Positions 1 through 12,714 of a stretch of DNA of 64,000 nucleotides are shown piece by piece. A model generated the notes under the pieces. The model ran no database searches. It was not told where the DNA came from and saw only the letters and a list, made by a program, of their open reading frames with translations. Position 1 is the stretch's first letter; each line of letters starts with the position of its first letter. Position numbers and translations under genes: made by a program. Origin of the DNA: Welwitschia mirabilis (lineage: Eukaryota); the NCBI GenBank assembly GCA_051453625.1, contig JBOZIK010000001.1, positions 5,142,784 to 5,206,783 on the forward strand, in the 5' to 3' direction.

Positions 1-1540
1 GTACTTCAGAGAAGTGAATATGACATGCTTGACTTACATGACCTTGACAGACAATGCAATTGGTCTGAAAACTATAAAGGCGAGGACTATGTGAAATATG
101 GTATTTCATTTTTTCAAAGTAATAAGAAACTATGGAATTTATTAGTTTAAAATTAATCGGAAAAACTTATTAAGCTATCTAGCCTTGGTGTAAAACAGAG
201 GAAATGCTTCAACATACTCATATCACATTTAGTGTTACAAGAATTTGAGCAAGAAGATATCAAACCTTTATACATGATAATCCAAGGAACAGCAAGATCA
301 GGAAAATATTTCTAATTCATGCTATTAGAAATGAATTTAAGAAGATATATCTAGAAAACACAAGTCTTATTATGGTGCTAGCACCAACTAAAGTCGTAGC
401 ATACAACAACTGGAGTCGCAGCATACAACATCAATGGGACAATNNNNNNNNNNNNNNNNNNNNNNNNNNNNNNNNNNNNNNNNNNNNNNNNNNNNNNNNN
501 NNNNNNNNNNNNNNNNNNNNNNNNNNNNNNNNNNNNNNNNNNNNNNNNNNNNNNNNNNNNNNNNNNNNNNNNNNNNNNNNNNNNNNNNNNNNNNNNNNNN
601 NNNNNNNNNNNNNNNNNNNNNNNNNNNNNNNNNNNNNNNNNNNNNNNNNNNNNNNNNNNNNNNNNNNNNNNNNNNNNNNNNNNNNNNNNNNNNNNNNNNN
701 NNNNNNNNNNNNNNNNNNNNNNNNNNNNNNNNNNNNNNNNNNNNNNNNNNNNNNNNNNNNNNNNNNNNNNNNNNNNNNNNNNNNNNNNNNNNNNNNNNNN
801 NNNNNNNNNNNNNNNNNNNNNNNNNNNNNNNNNNNNNNNNNNNNNNNNNNNNNNNNNNNNNNNNNNNNNNNNNNNNNNNNTCAGATGGAATGGATGGTTT
901 TTAGGATTTAGTTCATCTATTTGCCATTAATGATATGATTTCTACTCATAACAGAAATTGTTTGCTTCAAATGCATTCACCCATTACACGATGTGTAGCA
1001 GACAAATCAAGAGGCTCAGTTAGATATGATGATGCTGATGGTGAATTAGAAATAGAGCTTCTTATTTGTCAAGGAGCTCAGGTCATGTTGACTATGAACA
1101 TATGACCTAAAGTTAGATTAGTGAATGGGTCTATGGATAATAAATCAAATAGTTTTTTGTTTAGGAAAGAATCTAATCTTTCAACATATGTTATGGTAGA
1201 CTTAAATACCTATACTGGAGTTCCTTTTGATGAATCAAGTTCAAATACAATTCCCATCATACCGTTCTCTAGAGATCAAATAAAATAACTACCTCTTAAA
1301 CTCGCATGGGCATTAACAATTCATAAATATCAAGGGTTAACACTTAATAAAGCATGCATAGACATTGATCCCAAGGAAATGCTAGGACTTACTTTTATGG
1401 CTCTTTCTCGAGTGAATTCAATAGAATAAATAAAGATATTTCATTCATTCTCTAAACAAAGATACAGAAAATTATCCAAAGGTTCTAACTTAGAAAAGCG
1501 GATGAAGGAGGAGCAACGTTCAGCAAGCCTAAAAGTATAG
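1..1540 (+). pseudogene. Degenerate PIF1-family (SF1B) DNA helicase, probably from a Helitron-like/rolling-circle element; 5'-truncated by the window edge and gapped at 444-880
   Basis: Manual translation gives KPLYMIIQGTARSGK (Walker A, ~263-306), VLAPTKVVAYN (~375-410), GAQVMLTMNI*PKVRLVNGS (~1073-1132), *LPLKLAWALTIHKYQGLTL (~1286-1345) and TFMALSRV (~1391-1414). Stop TAG at 1538-1540. Contains frameshifts and internal stops. Confidence 0.88.
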
Positions 1541-2110
1541 AATTCATTGTCATTGTAATATTTTATCATATAGTTTACATTTGTATAGAGTAATAAAAAA
1601 AATTTATTTCTATCAATGAATTCATCCTTTGCCCAATGCTTATATTATTTTCTAGTTATCTTCATTAAAACAAATTCAAATTTATCTCTAGCTGAAGCCA
1701 ATGTTTACTTTATAACATGTTAAAAACATAATTACATACAAATATTGAGTAAAACATTTCTACAACTGTGTATTTTATAAAATATTATATGTTTTAATAT
1801 CATATTTAGCTAACTTAATATGCATTTCTTCTTATTATGTTTCATTAGCATGTTTAAATAAAAATTAAATACAAATAATGAGTAAGATAATTTAATTATG
1901 TCATTTTAAATTAAAGAAAAAATGAGTAATGAATATTGAACTTATGACTATTATTAATTAGTGGCTGGTGACCACTATCTTAGATATACAATACATATAT
2001 ATATCTAAAAGTTGGCCAAGATTTATCAAATTTCCTACCTTTTGGATGAGGGTAAAAGCAGTAAGGCAAATATATTTTCCTAAACATTCACCATTGACCA
2101 AAAGTCAATG

Positions 2111-2310
2111 CTAGTTAGGACATTTTTTCCCTTAAACTTGATTACCATAAATTTTATAATTGATTTATATGGAACTTTATTTTTTCATGGATGACTAAAC
2201 TTGATTTTGAATCTAACATCTTATAAACAATGTTATGTTTTTTCAAAGGTGTAAATGCATGTATGGCTGTAATTGAGAAAACCAGTATTTCCTTTTTAGT
2301 TGTAAGATTG
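2111..2310 (+). repeat. ~200-bp direct copy of the LINE RT segment at 5475-5674
   Basis: Near-colinear match from ctagttaggacatttt to tagttgtaagattg in both places. The 5475 copy translates as LKLD*PKFYN*VIWNFI (KLD..KAYDRV.W motif). Confidence 0.9.
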
Positions 2311-3780
2311 TAAAGGATATTTCTCTTTATCATCTTACATATTTCTCATCCATGGTTTAGCACTTGAAGATTTTAGCATTCTAGAGATGTTCTTCTCCAT
2401 TTTGTATTCTACTATTTTTGTTAAATCATCTATGCAAGGATCCTTTGATACTATTTAAGGTCCTGTTTCTTCCTCTAATAGAATATCAAATTTGTTTTCC
2501 TGAATGATAGGGCCATTATTTGGTACTAAAGCAAGTTTATTTCTTCATTTCTTCTTTTAATGTCTTGTCAATCACTTTTTGTATTCTTTTCTTTTTCTTT
2601 TCATTTTCCTAATGAGCATCCATCCTTTCCACATTTTTCATAGTGGAATGAAAAATTCTTTATCTTAATGTTAAATATTAATTATTCCCAATGTATGTTT
2701 AAAATGATTTTATTACCTTTAAAATTATTTGGCTTCATGTATATGCATATCCTTATAGCAGCCATTCCTACCATGTGGTCAGTTTTCTATTTAACTTAGC
2801 AAGTTCATGCAACATATCTTCGAGTTATTAAAAAAAGCTAAGATGTCAAATATCTAAATGTGGGTTAGATATATGAATCCAAATAGGAATTTTTTCATAT
2901 ATATTTAATTTGTTTAAGATGAACGGGGACCATTTTGTAAGAGCTAGATTTCTTAGACCTATAAAGTGTGGGGTACCCACTAAAAATTTATTCATATCTT
3001 CTTTAGAATCAAAAACAAAATGCAAAAGTCTATTTTTGAGAGGAATTATGTACAGATAGCTTGAAACTTTGAATTACATCATAGTCTAGTATTTTAAATG
3101 AAATATAGTCCACTTGAAGACTAAAATTTCTTAATGAGGCTATTTTTGAAGGGGATCTCCAAATGCCTAGAATAGAATTTAAGCATTTTTATACATATCA
3201 TCATTTATTCATGTCTAAATATAAAATTCACGTTGAGAAAGCTTTGCCATTTACACCTTCCTAGAAAGTATGCATAGGTTTTGGTACTTGATAACTTAGT
3301 AGCCATTGAAGCAATGCTAAAAAAAAGTAGCCCTTTCAAGAATGCTTCCACTTCCTTAGATACCTCAAATCCACTAGGTCCTACTCTTTTAGGTTTTTAG
3401 GGTTTATGAGTCACCAATGAAAAATCTTCTCTAAGGAATTAAAAACTAATATAATGTCTAAGTATTACTGCTATGTCCTTTTGGGTTTTCACAACATAGG
3501 AACCACTAAGGAGTCTAGGATACTAAGTAGTATGGAGAATCCACGCTTAGCCCTTTCCCTAGTCACTAGGTACTAAGACTAATAAAAAACCATGTAAAAA
3601 CTTTACTAAATATGAGGCTGATGAAATTTCTCCTCTATCATGTGGAAAACATGTAAAAAAACCTAAAGCTGATCTTGATGAGACTGCTTCACTAATGCAT
3701 ATAAGACACACCAAATCTGTGAACATGAGCTTTATTTCACTTATGAAAGAATGATCTGAAAATGCTGAACTCTAGACCCT
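2311..3780 (-). mobile_element. LINE ORF1 (DUF4283/zinc-knuckle-like) remnant plus probable 5' region
   Basis: Minus-strand HYEKCGKDG (knuckle-like, ~2620-2646), TDHMVGMAAIRIC (~2745-2785) and LQNGP (~2925-2940). Nucleotide similarity to the LINE ORF1 near 63500-63810 (ggctatttttgaag; aggttttgg). Confidence 0.65.
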
Positions 3781-3799
3781 CCTTACGTCTCCTTTAATT

Positions 3800-6700
3800 T
3801 CTTGAAATAGATGATTTGGTTACACTTTAATAGATTGAGATTTTGATAAAACATTAAGATCTTGATGGGGGATTTAATACCAAAACGAAGTTTCCAACAT
3901 GAATTAGAATGAAACTTTATGAATATGGACAAGTCCAAAACCCAAAGTTTTCACATAAACATTGTATTAAATTTTGAAAAATCAAATGAATTATGAAAAT
4001 ATTTTTTATTAGGTATGATAATAGATAGATTTTATTTGTGTAATTATTTTTCATTACAATTATGCTTCTAATTAAGTTGCTAATAGATGTTTAGCTATTT
4101 TATTATTGTAATTTTTACCTCACAAAGTTTTCATGAACTTTTAGATGATTTTGATATGATATAAGACATCTTAAATAAGCTTGATGAACATGTAACAAAT
4201 TGGATTACATGGAGAAGGGTTGTTGGTGTGCATGCACAAATTGGATTACATGGAGAAGGGTTGCTGGTGTTGCTTAACAATATCATACTAATGAATCTTA
4301 TTTATTCATCTAGATTAATTATCTTAGAATTTTGAGTATGATGAAGGATGAAGAAATCTTATATGTTGATGATCTCCTTTTGGAGATCAATTTATTATCT
4401 GCATGTTTGTAATAATGTTATCTTGTCTAATTACTCTTGATTATGCTTGAATATTTCAATTGGATTAGCTACTACTTATATTACAAAAACAATCTTTATA
4501 TAATATGCATGATAATAGTCTTAACGATCTTAAAGTAAAATGAGCACTACTTAACTTATGAATGAAAAACTATAAATTTCTAATGACATGGGTTGTATTT
4601 CCTTGTGACATCATGCCATCTATTATATTATAAACATGTGAAAGTAGAGATAAATAATACCTCTATATTTTTCCTTTTAATCTGTTAGCTCTATTACTTG
4701 GGTTATATAAAAAATTATTATAATACTAAATTCATAATAAATTATATAAGCTTTATAATTCTTAATAACCCTAAGTTATTCACAAGACTTTTGAAGAGCT
4801 TGGATTAAGAGTTTTCATTCTTAGATGAAAATGCAAGAGAAGGACTATAATTTTTTTAAAATATTTAAAAGAAAATAAGTAATTTATTTGTATTAGAGTT
4901 CCTTGAGCATAACAAGGTAGTATTATTAGATTTAGTAGATACTTTTAATGTTTTAGCATTTTATTTTGAAAATATATTTCAAAAAGATAATTTTAATGAT
5001 TAAATATTTTAAATAGTTATTATTCATATTTTTAAAGAATTACAAACATCCATGATTTAATTTCAAGAAAAAAGAGTTAATTTTAGATGAATTAAATAAG
5101 AGATGTTTAAGTATGTCTATTGGAGAATAACTTATTTTGATGGGTTTTTTATTAAATTTTTTTTTAAATGCACTTGGTATACATGGTAATGATCAATTCA
5201 GGGTCATCTAAGAGGATATTCACAATTATAGTATTGGTTATAGATTAAATTAAAAAGTTATAAGACTTCTTTCTAAGTCTAGATATTTGAATTACATATC
5301 AAATTAGAATTTTATGATATCGTTACTTATAAAATTTGGATAAAAATGTTTATAAAATAGGCTAAAGTTTACTTTATCTAATATTTAATTCTCTAAAAGC
5401 TAATTCTGTGAAAGTAAGATACATTCTTAATAATGTTGTAATTACCTAGAAAGGATTTTAATGGGATAAGGATACTAGTTAGGACATTTTTCCCTTAAAC
5501 TTGATTAACCTAAATTTTATAATTGAGTTATATGGAACTTTATTTTTTCATGCATGACTAAACTTGATTTTGACTTGTAACATCTTATAAATAATGTTAT
5601 GTTTTTTCAAAGGTGTAAATGCATGTGTGGCTGTAATTGAAAAAATAAGTATTTCCTTTCTAGTTGTAAGATTGGTAAGGTGAGGTTATCCTCCTTCACT
5701 TTACTTATTTATTATTCTTATATATTTTCTTATGAATTTCAATGATTAATGTTTTCATTATCTTACAATAATTAAATAGTACTTTCTTACCTTATCTAAA
5801 ATATTGAAAAGTATTATAACTTAATGAGCTTTAAAAGTAATTACACTATGTATACTTTATCTAATTAAAATTTCTTAACATATCTATTTTATTTAATAGA
5901 TATTATTTGATCCCTACAATGACGAGAAGTTTTTGGTATGTAGAATAATTTTGAAATCCATACATTTATATTACTCTTTGTGTTAGATTCCTATAGAATC
6001 AAGTTATTAAAACTATGATAAAAAACTAAAATTTTGTGTGGTTTAACAACAAAGATATAAAAGATTTCATAGAGTTATTTAGGACATGATTCTCACCTAA
6101 AGAAAAACTTAGTTTAGGTTTAATAAATTATTTCAAACAAGGTATTAATCTGTAAATAAAATAAAGAGTTAATTGTTTAGAGTTTTCAAAGCTATGATAG
6201 AATTTTCTTTTAAGAAGGTTATGCAAGATTACTCTTATAAAAAAGCCAATTAAAAAAGTATTTATTTAATTAATTATATTATTTTATTTTAGATTACTAA
6301 TCCTACCAATTCTATGATCCTTGAGTAAGTTTGGGTTTTGTAGTACATTCATTTCAAGCTATAATGAAGTTCTGTTATTATCTCTTGGTAACATCTTAAA
6401 CTTCTTTGTCCATGATGGATTCCTTTAATAGAAACTTGTAATGTTTAATCAAACTCTAATTTGCATCATTATAATATAAAATAAAAGTTATTTTTATAAG
6501 TTAATTAAGATTAAATAATCAGTGGCTTTAATAAAATGACTTTTAGACCAGAGGCTTAATTTCAACTAGCAAGGTGGTTATGGAGTGATTTAGCTTTAAT
6601 TAAGAAGGTGGTAATGAAGCTTATGATAAATATCATAACTAATATTCTCACTTTTGACATCAATGAAATTATTTATTTGATTTTTTAATTGATAAATGCT

Positions 6701-7500
6701 AGCAACTACATTCCTTCTTAATTAATTAAGGCAAAAAAAAAAAAAAAAAAAGAAAATTGTATTCTATGCCTTTAGAGAAATTATTCATGTAAGGTATTTG
6801 TAATTAGGTTTAAAGAGATAATGTTTCTAATAAAATATTTAAGTAATATCTGGAATACTTTAACTTTTCTTTGAGTAAATTATTTCCTCTAATGGAAGAT
6901 GACTTTTCCACTTAGAACTTGCTGAAGAAAAATACACTTCATGTAAAGAGGAAGACAATTTTTTTTATTTATTTTACCTTTAAAATTTTATTTCTTAAGG
7001 TTGAATGTGGACATCTTATTTTATGTAAGTATACATACGTTACTAATGAGGATTATTTTTAGTCTCATTAATAATTTTATTTACTCTATATGTGACCTTA
7101 TACTTCTTATGTGCTATAGAAATATCAATGTGCTATTATATTTTTTTTTAGATGAAAGTATTTAAATTTCTAAATAATTTTTAAAATCTAATTATTTATA
7201 TGTGTTTTTTAAATATTGTTTTAGGTACAAAAAAAAAGGTAAGCCTAAGATCAATTATTTTTTAGAGCTTATTGAACATTAGTTAAATGGGCCTTCCTTA
7301 GTTTTTTGGATGTCTCTTAGGGCATATTTACTCTTAAGCATCCATAGATGATATGAAATTAAAAATAATGAAAACCTTAGATCCATCTAATAGAAAATAA
7401 AAAAAATAAATAAAAATTCAAGGAAAAAACCTCTTAGGGTGGAACAACCATGAATTCTTGATAAGATGATTGGAAGAATAGTCTGCATTAAAATGTTGTT
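3800..7500 (+). mobile_element. Highly degenerate L1-like LINE ORF2 (endonuclease + RT)
   Basis: ILMGD (~3859-3873), IDRFYL (4021), DGFFIKFFFKCTW (~5139), YKIWIKML*NRLK (~5328), VR*GYPPSLYLFII (~5675), SYLG (~6076), LARWLW (~6567). The 3' boundary is uncertain. Confidence 0.7.
4195..4270 (+). repeat. Tandem duplication of a 35-bp unit, period 41 bp
   Basis: acaaattggattacatggagaagggttg(t/c)tggtgt at 4195-4229 and 4236-4270, one mismatch. Confidence 0.95.
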
Positions 7501-9299
7501 TCTTAGCCTATATTCTTTACTCAAACCTTCATCTCCACTCTAGTGTAATCTACTACAAGTAAGATAGCAAAGGGGGATTTTATTCCCCTAAAGAATAATG
7601 TTACTAAGGGAGTATAGCTTCTATTTCCATTATTATTATTATTTTTCTTTTGTGATTCTACTTTGAGGTTTGAAGTATTACGGATTTTTGTGTAGCTAGA
7701 TGCTAGCATTTTATGTAATTTTTATAATATTTTTATATTTTAAAAATAATATTATTATTTGAGATGTAACATCCTTCCTTTATCCTAAAAAATACTTCCA
7801 AGGTTATATAACTTTAAATAAGAATATCAATCATATTAGTAGTTAACAAGCCTTCTTAACTATGAAATTAGTTAGGTAATTTATATTATACAAATAATTA
7901 AAAATGTTATGGCGTATCATATTCTAAAACAAGGAATCATATTACAAAATAAAATAATAACTTTTATAATTAAATAAAATAGAATACACTAAGCAAAAAT
8001 ATCAAGTTTTCATAAAAGATAACCTACCATAGTGATCTCCTATATAAAGGTTATAAAAATGAGTTTAAAAGATTCTAAAGTCCTAATGGACTAATGTTCT
8101 ATAAAGTCTTTTTAATAATTAATCTTGAGCTTGCACTAGAAACTTCAACTCTAGTATTTTAGTAAAGAAATAAAAATGTGTCTATTAATCATTAATAAAA
8201 TCACAAAACATTGTACGCTAAAGGTAATCTAAAAATCCCTAACATTTTAAAAAGAAATGATGATTGTAAAGGAAGGGGAGGAGATCATTATCCTATGTCT
8301 TTTTCATTACGAACATTATAATAAATTGTTTATTACTTAAATCATTTAGGATTTCTTCCAAATTGTAAAAATTCAAACTGGCAAAATGATTCTCTAAATT
8401 TGTTGTTAAGGATTCATGTAGATCATATCTTAGTATTGGAACATGTCTTATTTCTCTTTTCTTTTTTTTTTTTTTTTAAAATTTATGTACAAATCAGGAG
8501 CTAAAAGCCATCTTCATCCAGAGCTTAAAGTTTTCATTTTTACTTCATTAACAACATTTGTAAAAGCCTATGCATAGCATTATTTAACTACTTTACTTTC
8601 TTAATTTTGAAAGTTGATTTATATGCATGATTATTATTACCCTAATATTTAAGAATATGATTTTACTTTGAATAAAATTTCAACAAATTATTAATAGATT
8701 TTAATCTTATACAAACATTTTTATTTTCTTCTAATTTATTTTTCTTAGAAAAATGGACATTCATTAACAAAATAATCTTCATAGTAATAAAAATAACATA
8801 AATTTTAATAATTAAATTAAATAATTTTTTAGTACTAGTCTTTAAAACTTACTCTTGAAAACTGTTTATGTTTTTTTCACTATCAAGTTTAAAATTAATT
8901 ATGTATTATATGCAGTTAATGCCATAAATAGAAGAAGCATTCTCTTTACAATAATAATGCCTAAAATCTGGTGTTAAAAATAAAATTCTAATTTTGTTTT
9001 CATTGGTAATGATAAGGAGTTATTTCGATATCATTTTGCTTTTTTAAAACCAATTGTTAAATTAGGTAGTATTTAGCTATTATGACTTCTTTATTAGAGT
9101 ACAATAGAGGTTTATAATAATCACTTTAATATTGGTTATTAATTTCATATAAAAAATGTTTTATTAATTTATTTAGTNNNNNNNNNCCATCATCAACAAA
9201 GATAATGAAATATTTTTAGAACTTCTCATGTCAAAGTATTTCAAGATTTTATAATCATATTCTTATTAATGATTATTTATTTCTATGAGATATTTTATT

Positions 9300-12150
9300 T
9301 TCTTAAAGAAAAATAAAACTTAAAAGAAGTACAAATAATTCTAATTTGATGGAAATTCTAATGAAGAATTATACCTATAGTGAGAGTAATAAAAAAATCT
9401 AGTTTAAATTTGATTTTTGAAAATGTGGACAGATTTCTTGTGAATGTTTATTGACTTTTGAATTTTTTAAAAATCTTAAAGTCAAACTATTACTCATATT
9501 GGTTTAGATCATTAGCTGATTTTTCTTTAAACTCATACTAGTCAAAATAAGCATTAAGTTTTTAGATGAATGAATGGTTGATTTTGATTTAAAATGGGAA
9601 AAAATTTACAATAGTAGATGAATATAACTAAGGAATCAAATAAATTCTAGTTAGAATGAAAGTTAATAATGTCAAGAGATACATAAAATCATGGTATCAC
9701 TTACATATGTTAAATTAAAAAATTAAAAGAATAATTGGATTCATCAAATTTAGTATCTTTAAGAATACATTTCGAAAGACGAGTGGATAGATAATTTAGA
9801 TGATAAATAAATAAAATTAATTTGGGACATTTATCTTTCATAAAAATGAGAGTAATCTCATTGATTATAAAAGGAAAGCAATTAGTAAACCAAAGAAGGT
9901 AACACAAAGTCTAAATTTTTTCACATGTATGCTGTAAAGTAAACAAAACATTTAGTCTGGTTTCTTATCTTAAAATGAAGAAAATTAACATGTTCATGAT
10001 ATTAATAATATAGAGAAAATTACTATACAATATTACAAGAATTTATTATTAAATCCTAAATAAATACATATGGATAACATTAATAAGGTTAATGCTAAAT
10101 TATAGTTTTTAAAAAACTCTCCTATAAAAGACATTAAAATGAATTCTAACACATCTATAGGTCTAGATGATCGTCTTACTTTTTTTTTTAACATTATTAG
10201 GAGATTATTAAGGATGATATTTTAGTAACCTTTTTAGAGTTGCAATTTGGGAAAAATTTTAAAAGATTTTTATTTTACTTGGATAACACTAATTTAAAAT
10301 AAAATAAACATTGATAATATGTTAAATTTTAGACCAATAAGCTTATGTAATGTTATTTATAAAATAATGTTAACAATTATTATATAAATACTGAAAATTA
10401 TTCTAATTTTAATTTCAAATCCATAAGAAGGATTTATAAAGAAAAGAAATAATTGAGATTAATTAGTTTTGGTTAATGAGATCTTTCACTTTGCTAATAG
10501 ATATTAAAAACTACTATGACATTTAAATTAGAACGAGTAGAGTGTATGATAGAGTGAATTAATATTTTGTTGAAGTAGTAATTAAAAATTTTGATTTATA
10601 TAGATGATTAGCCAAAAAAAAAAAAAAAAACTTAAAGCTTGTTATGCCTCTTTATACCATTCTATGCTATTGTCCATTTATTTGTATGAATATTTTTAAA
10701 ATAAAAATGACATCTTAAAGGACATATCTTGTCATCGTTTCTTTTTCTTTTTGTTGTTGAATTTTCTTTAGTAATGATTCATTAAGGTTTAAAAAGATAA
10801 GGCTCTGATAGACATTGAGCTTGAAAAAGGTATTATTAATTTAACTTACATTCAATATGTTGATGATACTTTTATAATTTTAATTAAAAAAGAATTTCAA
10901 AAATGGTTAAGATATTTAGCAAATATTTTCGAAAACTTTTGATTTACATTTTAGTTTTCTAGAAAGTATGGATTATAGTTTTAACATGTATTAAAGATAA
11001 ATTCAACAAATGTAAGAAATCATAAATTATGCAACTGATAGATTACTTGAAAAATATTTAGGTCTTTTAAATTTTATAAAAGAAGTAATGAAATAATTAT
11101 GGAGTAATGTTTTGAATAAGAGGATAAAAATGATTAACAGGATGAAAAAATAAATTTATTACAAAATAATTCTTTTGTAGGAGGGCATTGATGGTCAAAA
11201 GCTTATTCATTTAAGAAATTAGGATTATTTATGAAAATCATATGACAAAAATGCTTTTGATTCAAAACACACCATGATTTACATCCTTTTCTCTTAGCTA
11301 AAATAGTTTAGTGGTTATGTATAAAGAATAGAAAACTGGCTTAAGGATTAAAGTTTAAACATTTAGATTATTCTAAAAATTTATTTGATGGCCCACAATA
11401 ATATTAGAAGCTCTGTAACTTACAATGGTTTTTAAAATTTAAGAAATTATGAATTTATTTATAAAAATTAGAAATGATAAAGTAAAGATAATTTCAAATC
11501 TTTAGAACCTTATAATATTCTTTGAAGTTATCCTCTAGACAGGAAGTAATTAGATGAAAAAGAAATTGGAATTAGATTAAAACTATATCTCTTTTTTTCT
11601 TTACCATAATCAAATAAATTATCTTTTTTAGAGAATCTTCAGAAATATGGTTTGATAACTACGAATCACTACCACTTTTGAAAAATTGAAAAAGAATCCA
11701 CTAAATATTACTTTCTTCATTGGACATGTATATAAAAAGTTTTATATTTTATATTTTTAATAAAAAGCAACACATACTTCTTCTTAATGATATTCAACAT
11801 TTAGTTAGATAATGTTGTTGGTCTATACATGAAAATATGTGAGTATTGTATTTTATCATATGCTTTCTTATGGGATAAAATAGAACTAAAAAGAGCATAA
11901 TTTTAGACTATTTTTTAAAAAAAAGAATATCTTATTTATTTATTCATAACTAATTTATTGATAAATTGAAGAAGAGTCTAAAAATTTAAAAAGAATTATA
12001 ATTTGAAATGTAATTTTATTACTTTCATATTTAAATCTCTTTGTCCCTTAATTCTTAGCTAGTCTTTCATGGTAAAGAAATTAGGTAACTACCCCTTTAT
12101 CATGGTAAGATGATCTTGTATTCCTTTTTTTTTTGTTTATTCCTTAGGTG
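9300..12150 (+). mobile_element. Degenerate L1-like LINE ORF2 (endonuclease, RT, zf-RVT region)
   Basis: RRVDR (~9777), GLDD..TFFF (~10160), FRPISLCNVIYKI (~10328-10366), LKGHILSSFLFLFVVE (~10714), LTYIQYVDDT (~10841), KYLGL (~11052). Ends are approximate. Confidence 0.82.
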
Positions 12151-12399
12151 TATAGTTTTTTTAAGGATGGATTCTTTTATTTATCGATAACATTTTTGAA
12201 GAAAGTAGTTCCTTAGAATACAAGAAAATAAACTTAAAATAAGATTATTCATATAATACACTTCCTATCTTGTAGAGCTAATACTTGTATTAGTAGTGGT
12301 GCATTAGCCATTATAGAATTGTATTTTTAACTTCTTTAAAGGGGTGTGGGGTGGGGATGCCGGAAAGGCGGGGGGGAGGGAAAGAAGTTATAGCTTTCA

Positions 12400-12714
12400 A
12401 AGTAGGGATTATAATATTAAGAATTTAATAAATTAAATTAAGATTATTTCTTTGGTAGATGAAGATTTAATTTTCTCAACTTAAGATGAAATTTAAAAAA
12501 ATCTTGACATCTTATTTATAAAGTAAAAAGAGTTAAAGACTCTTATTTGGAGTCCATTTTTTATTTTGTTTATCAAGATGATTTGTTTGAGTCTTTTATA
12601 TCTTAAATTACTTCATGACATATTTTTATTTGAATCCTTAGATATTTACCAATGTTAGATAACTTTTTAAATGACATTAATATTATGTGGGCTTACATGA
12701 CATTTGAGCCATTC
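12400..12714 (-). mobile_element. Downstream part of the LINE RT interrupted by the Copia at 12715; continues 23574-28176
   Basis: Minus-strand GKYLRIQ (KYLG.P-like, ~12630-12650). The shared TSD CATTC makes it contiguous with 23574. Confidence 0.5.

Noticed and set aside
372..911. ORFs 372-911 and 434-904, and the other X-containing ORFs (18200, 39946, 42103, 42179)
   Set aside because: Their length comes from N gaps; they are not real CDSs.
4359..4379. LYVDDLL peptide suggesting a Copia RT fragment
   Set aside because: No flanking Copia RT motifs recognised; it could be chance.
10801..10812. ggctctgataga as a reverse Met PBS
   Set aside because: It lies inside LINE RT coding sequence with no adjacent LTR.
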